From: an uncultured Actinomycetes bacterium
Lineage (GTDB): Bacteria > Actinomycetota > Actinomycetes > Nanopelagicales > Nanopelagicaceae
Direction of reading: 5' to 3'
DNA length: 64,000 nucleotides
Assembly (NCBI GenBank): GCA_937876245.1
Contig: CALEGP010000029.1
Coordinates: forward strand, 44,678-108,677
Shown: piece after piece, positions 1 through 8,661 of the stretch
How positions within the stretch are numbered: the stretch's first letter is position 1
How the letters are laid out: every line of letters begins with the position of its first letter
The notes under the pieces: generated by a model
Databases searched by the model: none
What the model was told of the DNA's origin: nothing
What the model saw: only the letters and a program-made list of their open reading frames with translations
Position numbers and translations under genes: made by a program

Positions 1-15
1 TGTGGAACCCATCTT

Positions 16-1203
16 CTAGTAAGTAGGAAGGCTCGAGTCTATTTGCTTTGCCCAAGCCAAGACGCCCCCAGCAACATGGGTTGCATCAGAAAAACCGGCC
101 TGTTTAAGAACTGCCAAACACTCCGCAGATCGAACGCCAGATTTGCAATGCAAAATAATGGGAAGATCTTGAGGCAATTTTTCTAGCGCCGAACCATTTA
201 GGAATTCTTGTTTAGGAATTAGGATTGAGCCTGGAATTCGTACAATTTCAAACTCCCCGGGCTCTCGTACATCAATTAACATAAACTTTTCCTTGCCATC
301 CATCTTTGCTTTGAGTTCAACAACTGAAATTGTCGAACCACTCGCAGCTTCTGCGGCACCATCAGAAATTGCGCCACAGAAAGATTCGTAGTCTGGCAAA
401 AGTTCAGTCTGTGACGGACTGTCGCTGCAGATTGGGCACTTCGGATCTTTCCTAATCTTAACTTTCCGATATTCCATCTCAAGGGCATCATAAACAATAA
501 GTTCGCCGATAAGTGGCTCACCAATTCCAGCGATCAATTTAATTGCTTCAGTTGTTTGAATAGACCCGATAGATGCGCAGAGAACGCCAAGCACGCCACC
601 TTCGGCACAACTTGGAACCATTCCCGGAGGTGGTGGTTCGGGATACAAGCAGCGATAGCAGGGGCCGTGTTCGGACCAGAACACACTTGCCTGGCCATCG
701 AATCGATAAATGGATCCCCAGACATAAGGTTTCTTTAGAAGCACCGCAGCATCATTAACTAAATATCTTGTTGCAAAATTATCTGTGCCATCAACGATTA
801 AATCGTATTGCGCAAAAATTTCCATAACATTATCAACATCAAGTCGGACCTCGTGCAAAACTACATTCACGAAGGGATTGATTTCGGCGATAGCTTCCTT
901 TGCACTTACTGCCTTACTTTTCCCAATGTCAGATTGGCCATGAATGATTTGCCGTTGTAAGTTTGACTCATCAACCGTATCGAATTCAACAATTCCTAGC
1001 GTTCCGATTCCAGCCGCTGCCAGGTACATCAATGCTGGAGAACCAAGACCACCGGCGCCTACACATAAAACTTTGGCATTCATTAATCTTCGTTGGCCGC
1101 TCATGCCTACATCAGGGATTATCAGGTGGCGGCTATACCGACGGACTTCATCGACGCTAAGTTCTGGACCCTGTTCAACAAGTGGCTTTAGAGTGGCCGA
1201 CAC
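16..1203 (-). CDS. moeZ: Adenylyltransferase/sulfurtransferase MoeZ (ThiF/MoeB E1-like domain plus C-terminal rhodanese)
   Basis: 395-aa ORF with Rossmann motif VGAGGLGSP, CxxC pairs (CYRC, CPIC) and rhodanese active-site loop HCKSGVRS. Neighbours TetR and DUF3107 as at M. tuberculosis Rv3206c-Rv3208A. Confidence 0.85.
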   Translation of the reverse strand: MSATLKPLVEQGPELSVDEVRRYSRHLIIPDVGMSGQRRLMNAKVLCVGAGGLGSPALMYLAAAGIGTLGIVEFDTVDESNLQRQIIHGQSDIGKSKAVSAKEAIAEINPFVNVVLHEVRLDVDNVMEIFAQYDLIVDGTDNFATRYLVNDAAVLLKKPYVWGSIYRFDGQASVFWSEHGPCYRCLYPEPPPPGMVPSCAEGGVLGVLCASIGSIQTTEAIKLIAGIGEPLIGELIVYDALEMEYRKVKIRKDPKCPICSDSPSQTELLPDYESFCGAISDGAAEAASGSTISVVELKAKMDGKEKFMLIDVREPGEFEIVRIPGSILIPKQEFLNGSALEKLPQDLPIILHCKSGVRSAECLAVLKQAGFSDATHVAGGVLAWAKQIDSSLPTY

Positions 1204-1302
1204 AAATACTCATTTCTTAACTTAAATGCTTCTACGTATTGATAAGAACAAGGTAATTTTCCTAGATATTCCTCGCAAATCAAAATTGAAATCCGCCGCT
1301 TG

Positions 1303-1319
1303 TTGCGAAGTTCTCGCAA
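1303..1319. promoter_or_regulatory. Candidate TetR operator (inverted repeat TTGCGA-N5-TCGCAA)
   Basis: Perfect 6-5-6 inverted repeat in the moeZ/TetR divergent intergenic region. A further TCGCAA half-site lies at 1273..1278. Confidence 0.25.
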
Positions 1320-1360
1320 AAACTCGCATTATTGAGGTAATTGACCCTACGATTACTCCA

Positions 1361-1978
1361 ATGAGCACAGATCTCCCAACAGCAAATAAAGGCCGTCTTC
1401 CTCGAGATGAGCGCCGAGCCCAGCTTCTCGCGGCAGCTCTTGAGGTATTCACTCAAGCTGGTTATCACTCTGCCGCGATGGATGAAATTGCCGATCGAGC
1501 AAAAGTTAGTAAGCCAGTTTTATATCAGCACTTTCCATCGAAGTTAGATTTATACCTAGCAGTTCTAGATTTACATATTGATTCATTGGTATTTGATATC
1601 CAAAGAGCGATTGCTTCTACTTCAGATAACGCTGATCGTGTACTTGCCACAGTCGATGCTTACTTTGCATTCATTAATCGCGAGGGCGAAGCTTTTAGAT
1701 TGCTATTTGAAAGTGATATGAGCGTGGAACCTCAAGTTCGTGAGCGTTTAAACCGTATGACTTACGATTCTGCTGCTGCGCTTAGCGCTGTGATTTCCCT
1801 AGATACCGGACTGACAAAAGAGGCATCAATGATGTTGGCTGTTGGCCTTATCGGTACGGCTCAAACTACTGCACGCCATTGGCTAGAGCGCGATGGAAAA
1901 TTAGACAGAGAAACTGCCGTTGAACTTGTTTCAAATCTTATCTGGCGAGGAATTTCCGGATTCCCTAAAGCGAAGTAA
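1361..1978 (+). CDS. TetR family transcriptional regulator
   Basis: HTH region MDEIADRAKVSKPVLYQHFPSKLDLY. Start moved to ATG 1361 (MSTDLP...) because the first 45 codons of the track ORF (1226..) look non-coding. Confidence 0.8.
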   Translation: MSTDLPTANKGRLPRDERRAQLLAAALEVFTQAGYHSAAMDEIADRAKVSKPVLYQHFPSKLDLYLAVLDLHIDSLVFDIQRAIASTSDNADRVLATVDAYFAFINREGEAFRLLFESDMSVEPQVRERLNRMTYDSAAALSAVISLDTGLTKEASMMLAVGLIGTAQTTARHWLERDGKLDRETAVELVSNLIWRGISGFPKAK

Positions 1979-1995
1979 AGGATTAAACTAAAGCC

Positions 1996-2253
1996 ATGTC
2001 AACAAAGAAAAACACTTCAAGCGGTTCAACAGAAATTCGTATTGGTATCGCAGATTCATCTCAGGAACTACAAATCGAAAGTGATTTAACTGCCGAGAAA
2101 GTTATTGAGGCAGTAACCACCGCTCTTGATTCCGGAAAATCACTATCCCTAACCGATACTCGTGGCCGCCAGACAATAATTGCCAATAATAAGATTTCTT
2201 TCGTAGAGGTCGGGCAAAGCGCAGAGCGAAAAGTTGGTTTTGCCTCAGCCTAA
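1996..2253 (+). CDS. DUF3107 family protein (TB9.4/Rv3208A-like)
   Basis: 85-aa ORF. EIRIGIADSSQEL...LSLTDTRGRQTII...ISFVEVGQSAERKVGF resembles the mycobacterial TB9.4 protein, and it sits after the TetR gene as in mycobacteria. Confidence 0.75.
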   Translation: MSTKKNTSSGSTEIRIGIADSSQELQIESDLTAEKVIEAVTTALDSGKSLSLTDTRGRQTIIANNKISFVEVGQSAERKVGFASA

Positions 2254-2870
2254 AGGTTAAAAAATCCTTTAATTGACTGCACAATCATTTCTATCGCGAT
2301 AGCTGCTAAAAGCAGGCCGGCGATTCTTGCGATAAGAGTTACACCCGATTCTTTAATAAGTCCTACGACTTTAGTCGAGAACATCAAAGTCAGCCCGATT
2401 GCAATATGCACTGCGATGATCGCAATAGCTAGTGCCAGTTTCATTTCCAGGGAGTATGCGTGCTGCACGAAAACTATAGTCGTCACAATTGCGCCAGGGC
2501 CCGCAAGTAACGGGGTACCAAGCGGAACTAGAGCAACATTTACATCTCTAGATTTCTCGCCAGATTCATCTTTGCCTGTCAATAGTTCTAGAGAAATCAA
2601 CAGAAGTAGCAATCCACCTGCGCCTTGTAGCGCTTCGACTGATATATGCAAATAATCTAAAATGAACTTTCCAAAAATTGCAAAGGAAACAATCACGATT
2701 AACGAAACTCCAGCGCCTTGCCAAGCCATTTGTACTCGCTTGCGAGCAGAGTGATCTTTCACTAGAGCCAAGAAAATAGGCGTAGCACCAGGCGGATCCA
2801 TAATTACAAAAAGTGTTACAAATGCTTGCATGCCAAAAGTTGCGGACGAAATAAGAAGGATATCTTTCAC
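2250..2870 (-). CDS. MarC family (UPF0056) integral membrane protein
   Basis: 206-aa multi-TM ORF with the MarC-like N-terminus FVTLFVIMDPPGATPIFLAL. GTGA overlap with the upstream PHP gene. Confidence 0.75.
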   Translation of the reverse strand: MKDILLISSATFGMQAFVTLFVIMDPPGATPIFLALVKDHSARKRVQMAWQGAGVSLIVIVSFAIFGKFILDYLHISVEALQGAGGLLLLLISLELLTGKDESGEKSRDVNVALVPLGTPLLAGPGAIVTTIVFVQHAYSLEMKLALAIAIIAVHIAIGLTLMFSTKVVGLIKESGVTLIARIAGLLLAAIAIEMIVQSIKGFFNL

Positions 2871-3712
2871 TTTCGAACCACCCTTCGCTTATCTGCTCGA
2901 GCTTCCAAGGCTTCGAAAGCTTCCGGCTTTGTCGTGAACTCAGCTAACTGATTTAATTTTCCGTTGCCGTGATAATCACTTGATCCCGTAGCAATGATGC
3001 CATACTCCGCCACAATTCCTCGAAGTAATTCTTGAGCTTCAGGAGTTTGATCGCGATGTGAAACTTCAATTCCATCCATCCCAGCCTCGACCATGGTTTT
3101 GAAACTTTCAACGGAAACTATTCGCCCTCGAAGTGAGGCTAATGGGTGGGCTATTACCGCGACTCCACCTGCTGCCTTTATTAATGAAATGGCTTCTACG
3201 GGCGTTGGCGCATAATGGGGAACATAAAATTTTGAACTGTTACTCAAATATAAATTAAAGGCCTCCTCTCTGTTTTTAACAATTCCTTTAAGAACCATCG
3301 CATCGGCAAGGTGTGGTCTACCCAATGTCGCTCCTTCCGAAAGCTGGGCATAAACCTCGGCCATCGAGATTTCGACGCCAGCGTCATTTAGGCGTCCGAC
3401 AATTCGCTCCATTCGCCCGTAGCGGCTCTCCCGAGTCTTAGCCAACACATCCATTAAAGGTTTATATTCTGGATCAAAGAGCGCGCCGAGCATGTGCACG
3501 CTTATGCCATCCTCGGTTTCACATGAAATTTCAGACCCTAAAACAAGGGAGAGTCCTGGTCGTAAATACTGAACCGCCTCTTGCCAACCCGCAACAGTGT
3601 CATGGTCCATCAGTCCCAAGACAGTTAGCCCTGCTGCATGTGCCATATTTATCAATTCACCCGGAGTATCAGTTCCATCACTTGCATTTGAATGAGTATG
3701 TAGATCAATCAT
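2867..3712 (-). CDS. PHP domain metal-dependent phosphoesterase (TrpH/YciV-like)
   Basis: N-terminal IDLHTHSNASDG, plus later GLMDHD and AHP histidine clusters typical of the PHP fold. Confidence 0.8.
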   Translation of the reverse strand: MIDLHTHSNASDGTDTPGELINMAHAAGLTVLGLMDHDTVAGWQEAVQYLRPGLSLVLGSEISCETEDGISVHMLGALFDPEYKPLMDVLAKTRESRYGRMERIVGRLNDAGVEISMAEVYAQLSEGATLGRPHLADAMVLKGIVKNREEAFNLYLSNSSKFYVPHYAPTPVEAISLIKAAGGVAVIAHPLASLRGRIVSVESFKTMVEAGMDGIEVSHRDQTPEAQELLRGIVAEYGIIATGSSDYHGNGKLNQLAEFTTKPEAFEALEARADKRRVVRK

Positions 3713-4604
3713 TTATTGGCACGACCTTTGCTCTAGAGATAAATATTCCACAACCTATTAGTAATCCAACTATTCCTGGAATTATTCCTGCAGGTGGAAC
3801 TTGGTTGAGCCAAAAAAATGCAATTAGGGCGCTAACGGGGACCTCAAAGAAAACGATTAGCGCAACAATAACTGGAGAGACACGCCGAAGGGCCATATTG
3901 AACATAGTATGGCCCAAAAATTGAGCTCCAAGAATAAGGGCGAGCACAAGCCACCACTGTCTCGCCTGGAAATGAAGAACTTCACTTCCAGTGAAAATTG
4001 CAACAAGCAAAGTCGTTGCAGCACAGGTTAAATAGCAAACACTGGTGTACGTCGAAGTGGAAAGGCTCTGCTGCGCTTTTGATCCAATCAGCATATAACC
4101 CGCTGCAAGCGCTGCACCAACTAGCGCCAGAAGGTCACCAGAAAAATTACGCAAGCTGACCTGAAAGTCGATTCCAGTAATTAGCAATACCGAAAGAAAT
4201 GCAATTGCCATTCCGCTCCAAGCGCGCCGAGGAATAATTCCACCTCGGAATTTGAAATAGACTGCGGTAAAAATTGGCTGAAGCGCTGCAAGTGCAGTCC
4301 CGGCGGCAACTGTAGTTAGGCGCATTGCCAGAAAAAAACAAATAAAGTGAAGAGCAAGCAAGAACCCTGCTGCCGCAGATAAAAGTATTGCTCGTTTCTC
4401 CTCATGTGTTTTCCACTCTTGATTTTTCAAGGCGAATGGTGCCATTATCAAAGCACCGCCGAGGTTACGCCAGAAAATTAAAGAAGGAACTGGCATTATG
4501 CTCGCTGCAATTACTGGTCCAGAAGTGCCAACTCCGATAACCCCAAGGGATAATAAGCCGAGGTCTTTGGCCGCGGGGATCGCGGTATGGTCATGTACTT
4601 TCAT
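3705..4604 (-). CDS. DMT superfamily (EamA-like) transporter
   Basis: 299 aa, about 10 predicted TM helices in two similar halves. 8-nt overlap with the PHP gene. Confidence 0.7.
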   Translation of the reverse strand: MKVHDHTAIPAAKDLGLLSLGVIGVGTSGPVIAASIMPVPSLIFWRNLGGALIMAPFALKNQEWKTHEEKRAILLSAAAGFLLALHFICFFLAMRLTTVAAGTALAALQPIFTAVYFKFRGGIIPRRAWSGMAIAFLSVLLITGIDFQVSLRNFSGDLLALVGAALAAGYMLIGSKAQQSLSTSTYTSVCYLTCAATTLLVAIFTGSEVLHFQARQWWLVLALILGAQFLGHTMFNMALRRVSPVIVALIVFFEVPVSALIAFFWLNQVPPAGIIPGIVGLLIGCGIFISRAKVVPIND

Positions 4605-5848
4605 TAATTAAAGGTAAACCAGAGCATGCAGCAAACCGCGAAGGCAACAATTGCAATAATTACTAGGTAAATCGTGCGCAATAAATTCGTTGAGACAAAT
4701 TCACCCATTAGCATTTCATCTTTAGAAATACCATACATATAGATCAAGAGAGGAAGAAGTAGAACGGCATTTAGAATCTGCGTGAATACCAGAATCTTTA
4801 TCAATGGTGCCCCAGGAATCAAAATCAGAATTGCGCTAATCAAAGTAATTGCGCCAAATGTTGCATAAAATAGCGGAGCTTCGCGGGGACTATCATCTAG
4901 AGCGGCGGGGCGCCCTGTTAAATCGCTAACAGAGTAGGCGGTAGACAAAGGCAATATGGAAGCAGCAAGCAGCGCGGCACCAATAAGCCCAAAGGCAAAT
5001 AATTCTTTAGCTAGCGTTCCTGCTAAAGGCTCAAGGGCTTGAGCAGCATCTGTTGCGCTCGTAATTTTAATTCCGTTCTTATGCAAAGTCGCAGCGCACG
5101 TGACGATAACGAAAAAACCAATAATGCCGGTCAGTAACGAGCCAGTCCAAACATCAATCCGTAGAAGTTTAAGATCATCGCGAGTTAGCCGTTTATCCAC
5201 GGCATAAGACTGGATAAAAGCGAGCCCCCATGGAGCGAGAGTTGTACCGAAAGTGGCCGTTGCTATGAACACCGCATCTTGCGTAAAAGGCATTGTTGGC
5301 ACAACTGCGCCCCGAATTGCACTGCCCCAATCAGGGTGTGCCATAAACCCAGCAATGACATAGGCAAGAAAGACGCCAGAGATTAAGAAGAAGACTTTCT
5401 CAATTTTGGCAAATGAGTTACGAAGTACTAAAAACGAAACAGCAAGTCCTGCTATCGGAACACTTAGATATTTACTAAGCCCAAATAATTGACCAGCGGC
5501 TGCAATGCCGGCGAACTCGGCGGTCATAGTTCCGACATTGGCAATAATGAGAGCCACTGCACTTAGCGTTCCCGACCTCGCGCCGTATTTTTGACGAATC
5601 AGGCCAATCATTCCTTGTCGAGTAACAACCCCGATACGCGCCCCGAGGTCTTGAAAAATAATGAGCGCCGCAGTTGAAGCAACAAGTACCCAGAGAAGTT
5701 GATATCCATAATCTGCCCCAAGTACCGAATAGGTCGCGATACCTGCAGGATCATCATCAGATAGTCCGGCTATCAATCCGGGACCCATGACAGCAAGTAA
5801 CGCCGCAATACGGATCTTTTTAGGTGAAATACTCTGTTTAGTTGCCAC
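4604..5848 (-). CDS. NRAMP-family transporter with NRMT-like (Mg2+-type) binding-site substitutions
   Basis: 414-aa polytopic ORF. TM1 motif reads DDDPAGIATYS (D33-P-A-G36 instead of DPGN). TM6 motif reads FGTTLAPW (T202/A205 instead of A-x-x-M-P-H). GTG start shares 1 nt with the stop of the upstream gene (TAGTG). Confidence 0.8.
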   Translation of the reverse strand: MATKQSISPKKIRIAALLAVMGPGLIAGLSDDDPAGIATYSVLGADYGYQLLWVLVASTAALIIFQDLGARIGVVTRQGMIGLIRQKYGARSGTLSAVALIIANVGTMTAEFAGIAAAGQLFGLSKYLSVPIAGLAVSFLVLRNSFAKIEKVFFLISGVFLAYVIAGFMAHPDWGSAIRGAVVPTMPFTQDAVFIATATFGTTLAPWGLAFIQSYAVDKRLTRDDLKLLRIDVWTGSLLTGIIGFFVIVTCAATLHKNGIKITSATDAAQALEPLAGTLAKELFAFGLIGAALLAASILPLSTAYSVSDLTGRPAALDDSPREAPLFYATFGAITLISAILILIPGAPLIKILVFTQILNAVLLLPLLIYMYGISKDEMLMGEFVSTNLLRTIYLVIIAIVAFAVCCMLWFTFN

Positions 5849-7185
5849 TAGAGAACGCTGCTGCCTTGCGCAAAACCTGAAGAATCAGAAGTGGCCGCTA
5901 GGGCATCAACTAAATCATCAGCCAGGATTCTACCGACGGGTTTGTTTTTCTCATCTACAACGATAATTGAGGAACCACGGTTTTTTGCAAATTCAACAAT
6001 AACCTCATCAAGTCGAGTATTAATATTTATCGCAGTTGGAAATGGTGGTCCAATCAATGTCGAAAGAGTGGCGCTGGATTTGGCTGCGATTAATTCGATA
6101 ATTTGAATATGGTCCAATAATTTACCTTTCGCATCGACCACGACAACACCGTCTGAGATATCTCGTCTCTTATTTCGGACCAGTAATTTAAGTGCGGAGG
6201 AAACGGTGTCACCCTCGTGAGTAATGAGCATATGAGTTGTCATGATGCCACCCGCCAGCGTTTCATCGAACTCTACAAGCTTACGAAGTTGCCTTTCAAC
6301 TGAATTATCCATTTCAACAAAAATACTCTCGCGGTGATCATCATCTAAATCACGTAACACCTCAGCGCCTTCATCGGGCTCCATCTTTGAAATTAATTCG
6401 GCCGAACGCTCTGATGGCAATCCCCTAAGCAAGCCTTGCAGCTCATCATCACGCATTTCCTCGAGCGCATCTGCGGCAAGCTCGGGATCTAGCATCTCAA
6501 TAAGAGCGCTGCGTTCGCGCCCTGCTAAATCTTCAATCAAGTCAGCAAGGTCTGCTGGACGCAATTGTTGAAGTGCCGCCCGTGATTCGGTTGACTTGAC
6601 CACGCCTGTTCCATGGGCAAGTGACGCCATATTTGACCAGTCGATAACGTGTTCTGGAATTGGTCCACGACCAAGTGCTCCCGGAAAAATTCGCCGAATA
6701 AAAGCCTTAAAAGAAATATCCACTCCTACTACGCGAATCTCTCGATCTAATGGTGCCAAATAGAGATCTGATGAACGTACAACTCGAAGGCCATTTACAT
6801 CAACTATTTGATGATCCAAAACATCTGCCTCTAAAAGTGATTCTCCCTCGCGCCTAGTAAATTCAGTTAAATTTACCTGCGCACTAGATAGTTGAATTTC
6901 GCTCTGAGTTAGTTTTGAGATTCTCGCGCCATCTATAAAGGATTTATTGTGTCCAACTTTCACGATTAAACCAGAAACTGGCGGATAAGAATCATCGCCG
7001 TGTCTTACCACCAAATCTATGAGTCTGCCGATTTCATGTCCACCTTGATAACGCACGGGACAGCCAATCAAGCCAGCAACCGAAACTAAAGATTCACGAA
7101 TACTCTTGCGCTCTAAAGCAAGATCACTTCGCCCTACTAATCTCCTGGCCACCGTATTAATGCTCTTGACTGGTGGCTTTTTCAT
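5848..7185 (-). CDS. Soluble MgtE-N-domain + tandem CBS protein with PRC-barrel-like N-terminus (Rv1232c-like); no membrane domain
   Basis: 445 aa. Acidic helical MgtE_N-like segment ADLADLIEDLAGRERSALIEMLDPELAADALEEM...ELISKMEPDEGAEVLRDLDDD is followed by two CBS-like repeats. The protein ends without TM helices. Confidence 0.8.
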   Translation of the reverse strand: MKKPPVKSINTVARRLVGRSDLALERKSIRESLVSVAGLIGCPVRYQGGHEIGRLIDLVVRHGDDSYPPVSGLIVKVGHNKSFIDGARISKLTQSEIQLSSAQVNLTEFTRREGESLLEADVLDHQIVDVNGLRVVRSSDLYLAPLDREIRVVGVDISFKAFIRRIFPGALGRGPIPEHVIDWSNMASLAHGTGVVKSTESRAALQQLRPADLADLIEDLAGRERSALIEMLDPELAADALEEMRDDELQGLLRGLPSERSAELISKMEPDEGAEVLRDLDDDHRESIFVEMDNSVERQLRKLVEFDETLAGGIMTTHMLITHEGDTVSSALKLLVRNKRRDISDGVVVVDAKGKLLDHIQIIELIAAKSSATLSTLIGPPFPTAININTRLDEVIVEFAKNRGSSIIVVDEKNKPVGRILADDLVDALAATSDSSGFAQGSSVL

Positions 7186-7204
7186 GGCCCAATCTTAGGT
7201 GATG

Positions 7205-8335
7205 TTAGGAGACCGAGAGCCTCACTCCCACTAACGACTTCGGGCGCAAAATTAACTTTTCAACGATTGCTGCAAAGGCCTCGCTAACGGGTGATGTTGG
7301 ATCGCTAATAACAATGGGCTGACCGATATCTCCACCCTCTCGAAGAGCTGGAGTGAATGCAATCTGGCCAATCATTGAGACATCGGCTCCAACCAAACTT
7401 GATAATCGACGAGCTGTTTCAAGCCCGCCACCAGCTCCAAATATTGAAATTGGCTCCCGGCACGATGGGCAGGGCGATTCAGACATATTTTCAATGACAC
7501 CAATAATGTGCTGCTTAAGCTGATGAGCGATACGACCCGCGCGCTCGGAAACTTCGGCAGCGGCAATTTGTGGCGTTGTGACGACAATTATTTCTGAAGT
7601 TGGGAGTAGTTGACCAAGTGAGATTGCGATATCGCCCGTTCCTGGTGGAAGATCCAAGAGAAGTAAGTCAAGATCTCCCCAATATGCATCACTTAGTAAT
7701 TGTTCCAAAACTTTGTGGAGCATTGGCCCACGAAATGCAACGGCATCTTCGCGTTCGGGTTTAAACATTTCCATCGAAACAACTTTTACGCCATGGGCTT
7801 CAACCGGAATAAAAGTTTGATCAATAGCTGTCGGGCGTTTACCAACAATTCCCATCAGCCTTGGAACAGAGTGGCCATAAATATCGGCATCCAAAATTCC
7901 AACTTTCAGCCCTTTGCGAGCAGCCGCAACTGCAAGATTAACAGTTACAGAAGATTTTCCAACACCGCCTTTACCGGATGCTATGCCAATCACGCGAGTC
8001 AAAGAATCTGGTTGGGCAAATGGAATAAATTTCTCTTTTCCGCCTCTTAAAAGTTTCTTTACGCTGTTTCGCTCTTCTTCGTTCATGACACCAAAAGTTA
8101 AATCTAGTGACTTCACTTCTTCGATTGGTTCAAGAGAATCTGAAATATCTTTTTGTAATCGATCTCGCATTGGGCAGCCCGAAATTGTCAAGAGAATAGT
8201 TATGAGAGCTGTGCCATTGTTAAATTCAACTGACTTCACCATGCCAAGTTCGGGGAGCGGGCGATGGAGTTCTGGGTCAGAAACGCCTTGCAAGGCTTGG
8301 TGGATTTTCGCTATTACATCGTCATTCTTACTCAT
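7205..8335 (-). CDS. mrp: Mrp/ApbC/NBP35-family Fe-S cluster carrier ATPase (N-terminal DUF59)
   Basis: Deviant Walker A GKGGVGKSS and the CPSC cysteine pair. Position next to tatB is as at M. tuberculosis Rv1229c. Confidence 0.9.
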   Translation of the reverse strand: MSKNDDVIAKIHQALQGVSDPELHRPLPELGMVKSVEFNNGTALITILLTISGCPMRDRLQKDISDSLEPIEEVKSLDLTFGVMNEEERNSVKKLLRGGKEKFIPFAQPDSLTRVIGIASGKGGVGKSSVTVNLAVAAARKGLKVGILDADIYGHSVPRLMGIVGKRPTAIDQTFIPVEAHGVKVVSMEMFKPEREDAVAFRGPMLHKVLEQLLSDAYWGDLDLLLLDLPPGTGDIAISLGQLLPTSEIIVVTTPQIAAAEVSERAGRIAHQLKQHIIGVIENMSESPCPSCREPISIFGAGGGLETARRLSSLVGADVSMIGQIAFTPALREGGDIGQPIVISDPTSPVSEAFAAIVEKLILRPKSLVGVRLSVS

Positions 8336-8637
8336 AATAAGTCTGGATCAATCTTCACAGATTTCTTAAACTCTTCAAGTTCAGCGGCAGGTTCGGCCAG
8401 AACTTCGTTTATGTGTTTGCTAATAAATTTCTTAGGGTGAAGATCTGCTACCTGTAAATCCTCATAGCCTGGCCCCAAATTTTCCTTCAGCTCTTTTGTG
8501 GCAACTTGAGCAAGATCTCGAATTTTGCGGATAAAGGCAGCCGAGTCGCGTGAGAATTGGGGCAATTTATCTGGGCCAACAAGAATCAGGGCAATTAAAA
8601 TTAGCCCCGCAAACTCGCCACCACCTATTCCGAACAT
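8332..8637 (-). CDS. tatB: Sec-independent (twin-arginine) translocase subunit TatB
   Basis: 101 aa. N-terminal TM plus amphipathic helix MFGIGGGEFAGLILIALILVGPDKLP. Sits downstream of htrA as at Rv1223-Rv1224. Confidence 0.75.
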   Translation of the reverse strand: MFGIGGGEFAGLILIALILVGPDKLPQFSRDSAAFIRKIRDLAQVATKELKENLGPGYEDLQVADLHPKKFISKHINEVLAEPAAELEEFKKSVKIDPDLL

Positions 8638-8661
8638 TTACGAATCCTATAGCTACTCTGG

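Noticed and set aside
1226-1360. N-terminal 45-codon extension of the TetR ORF
   Set aside because: The extension (MLLRIDKNKVIFLDIPRKSKLK...) has no TetR-like sequence and covers the likely promoter/operator region. ATG 1361 gives a normal-length N-terminus before the HTH.
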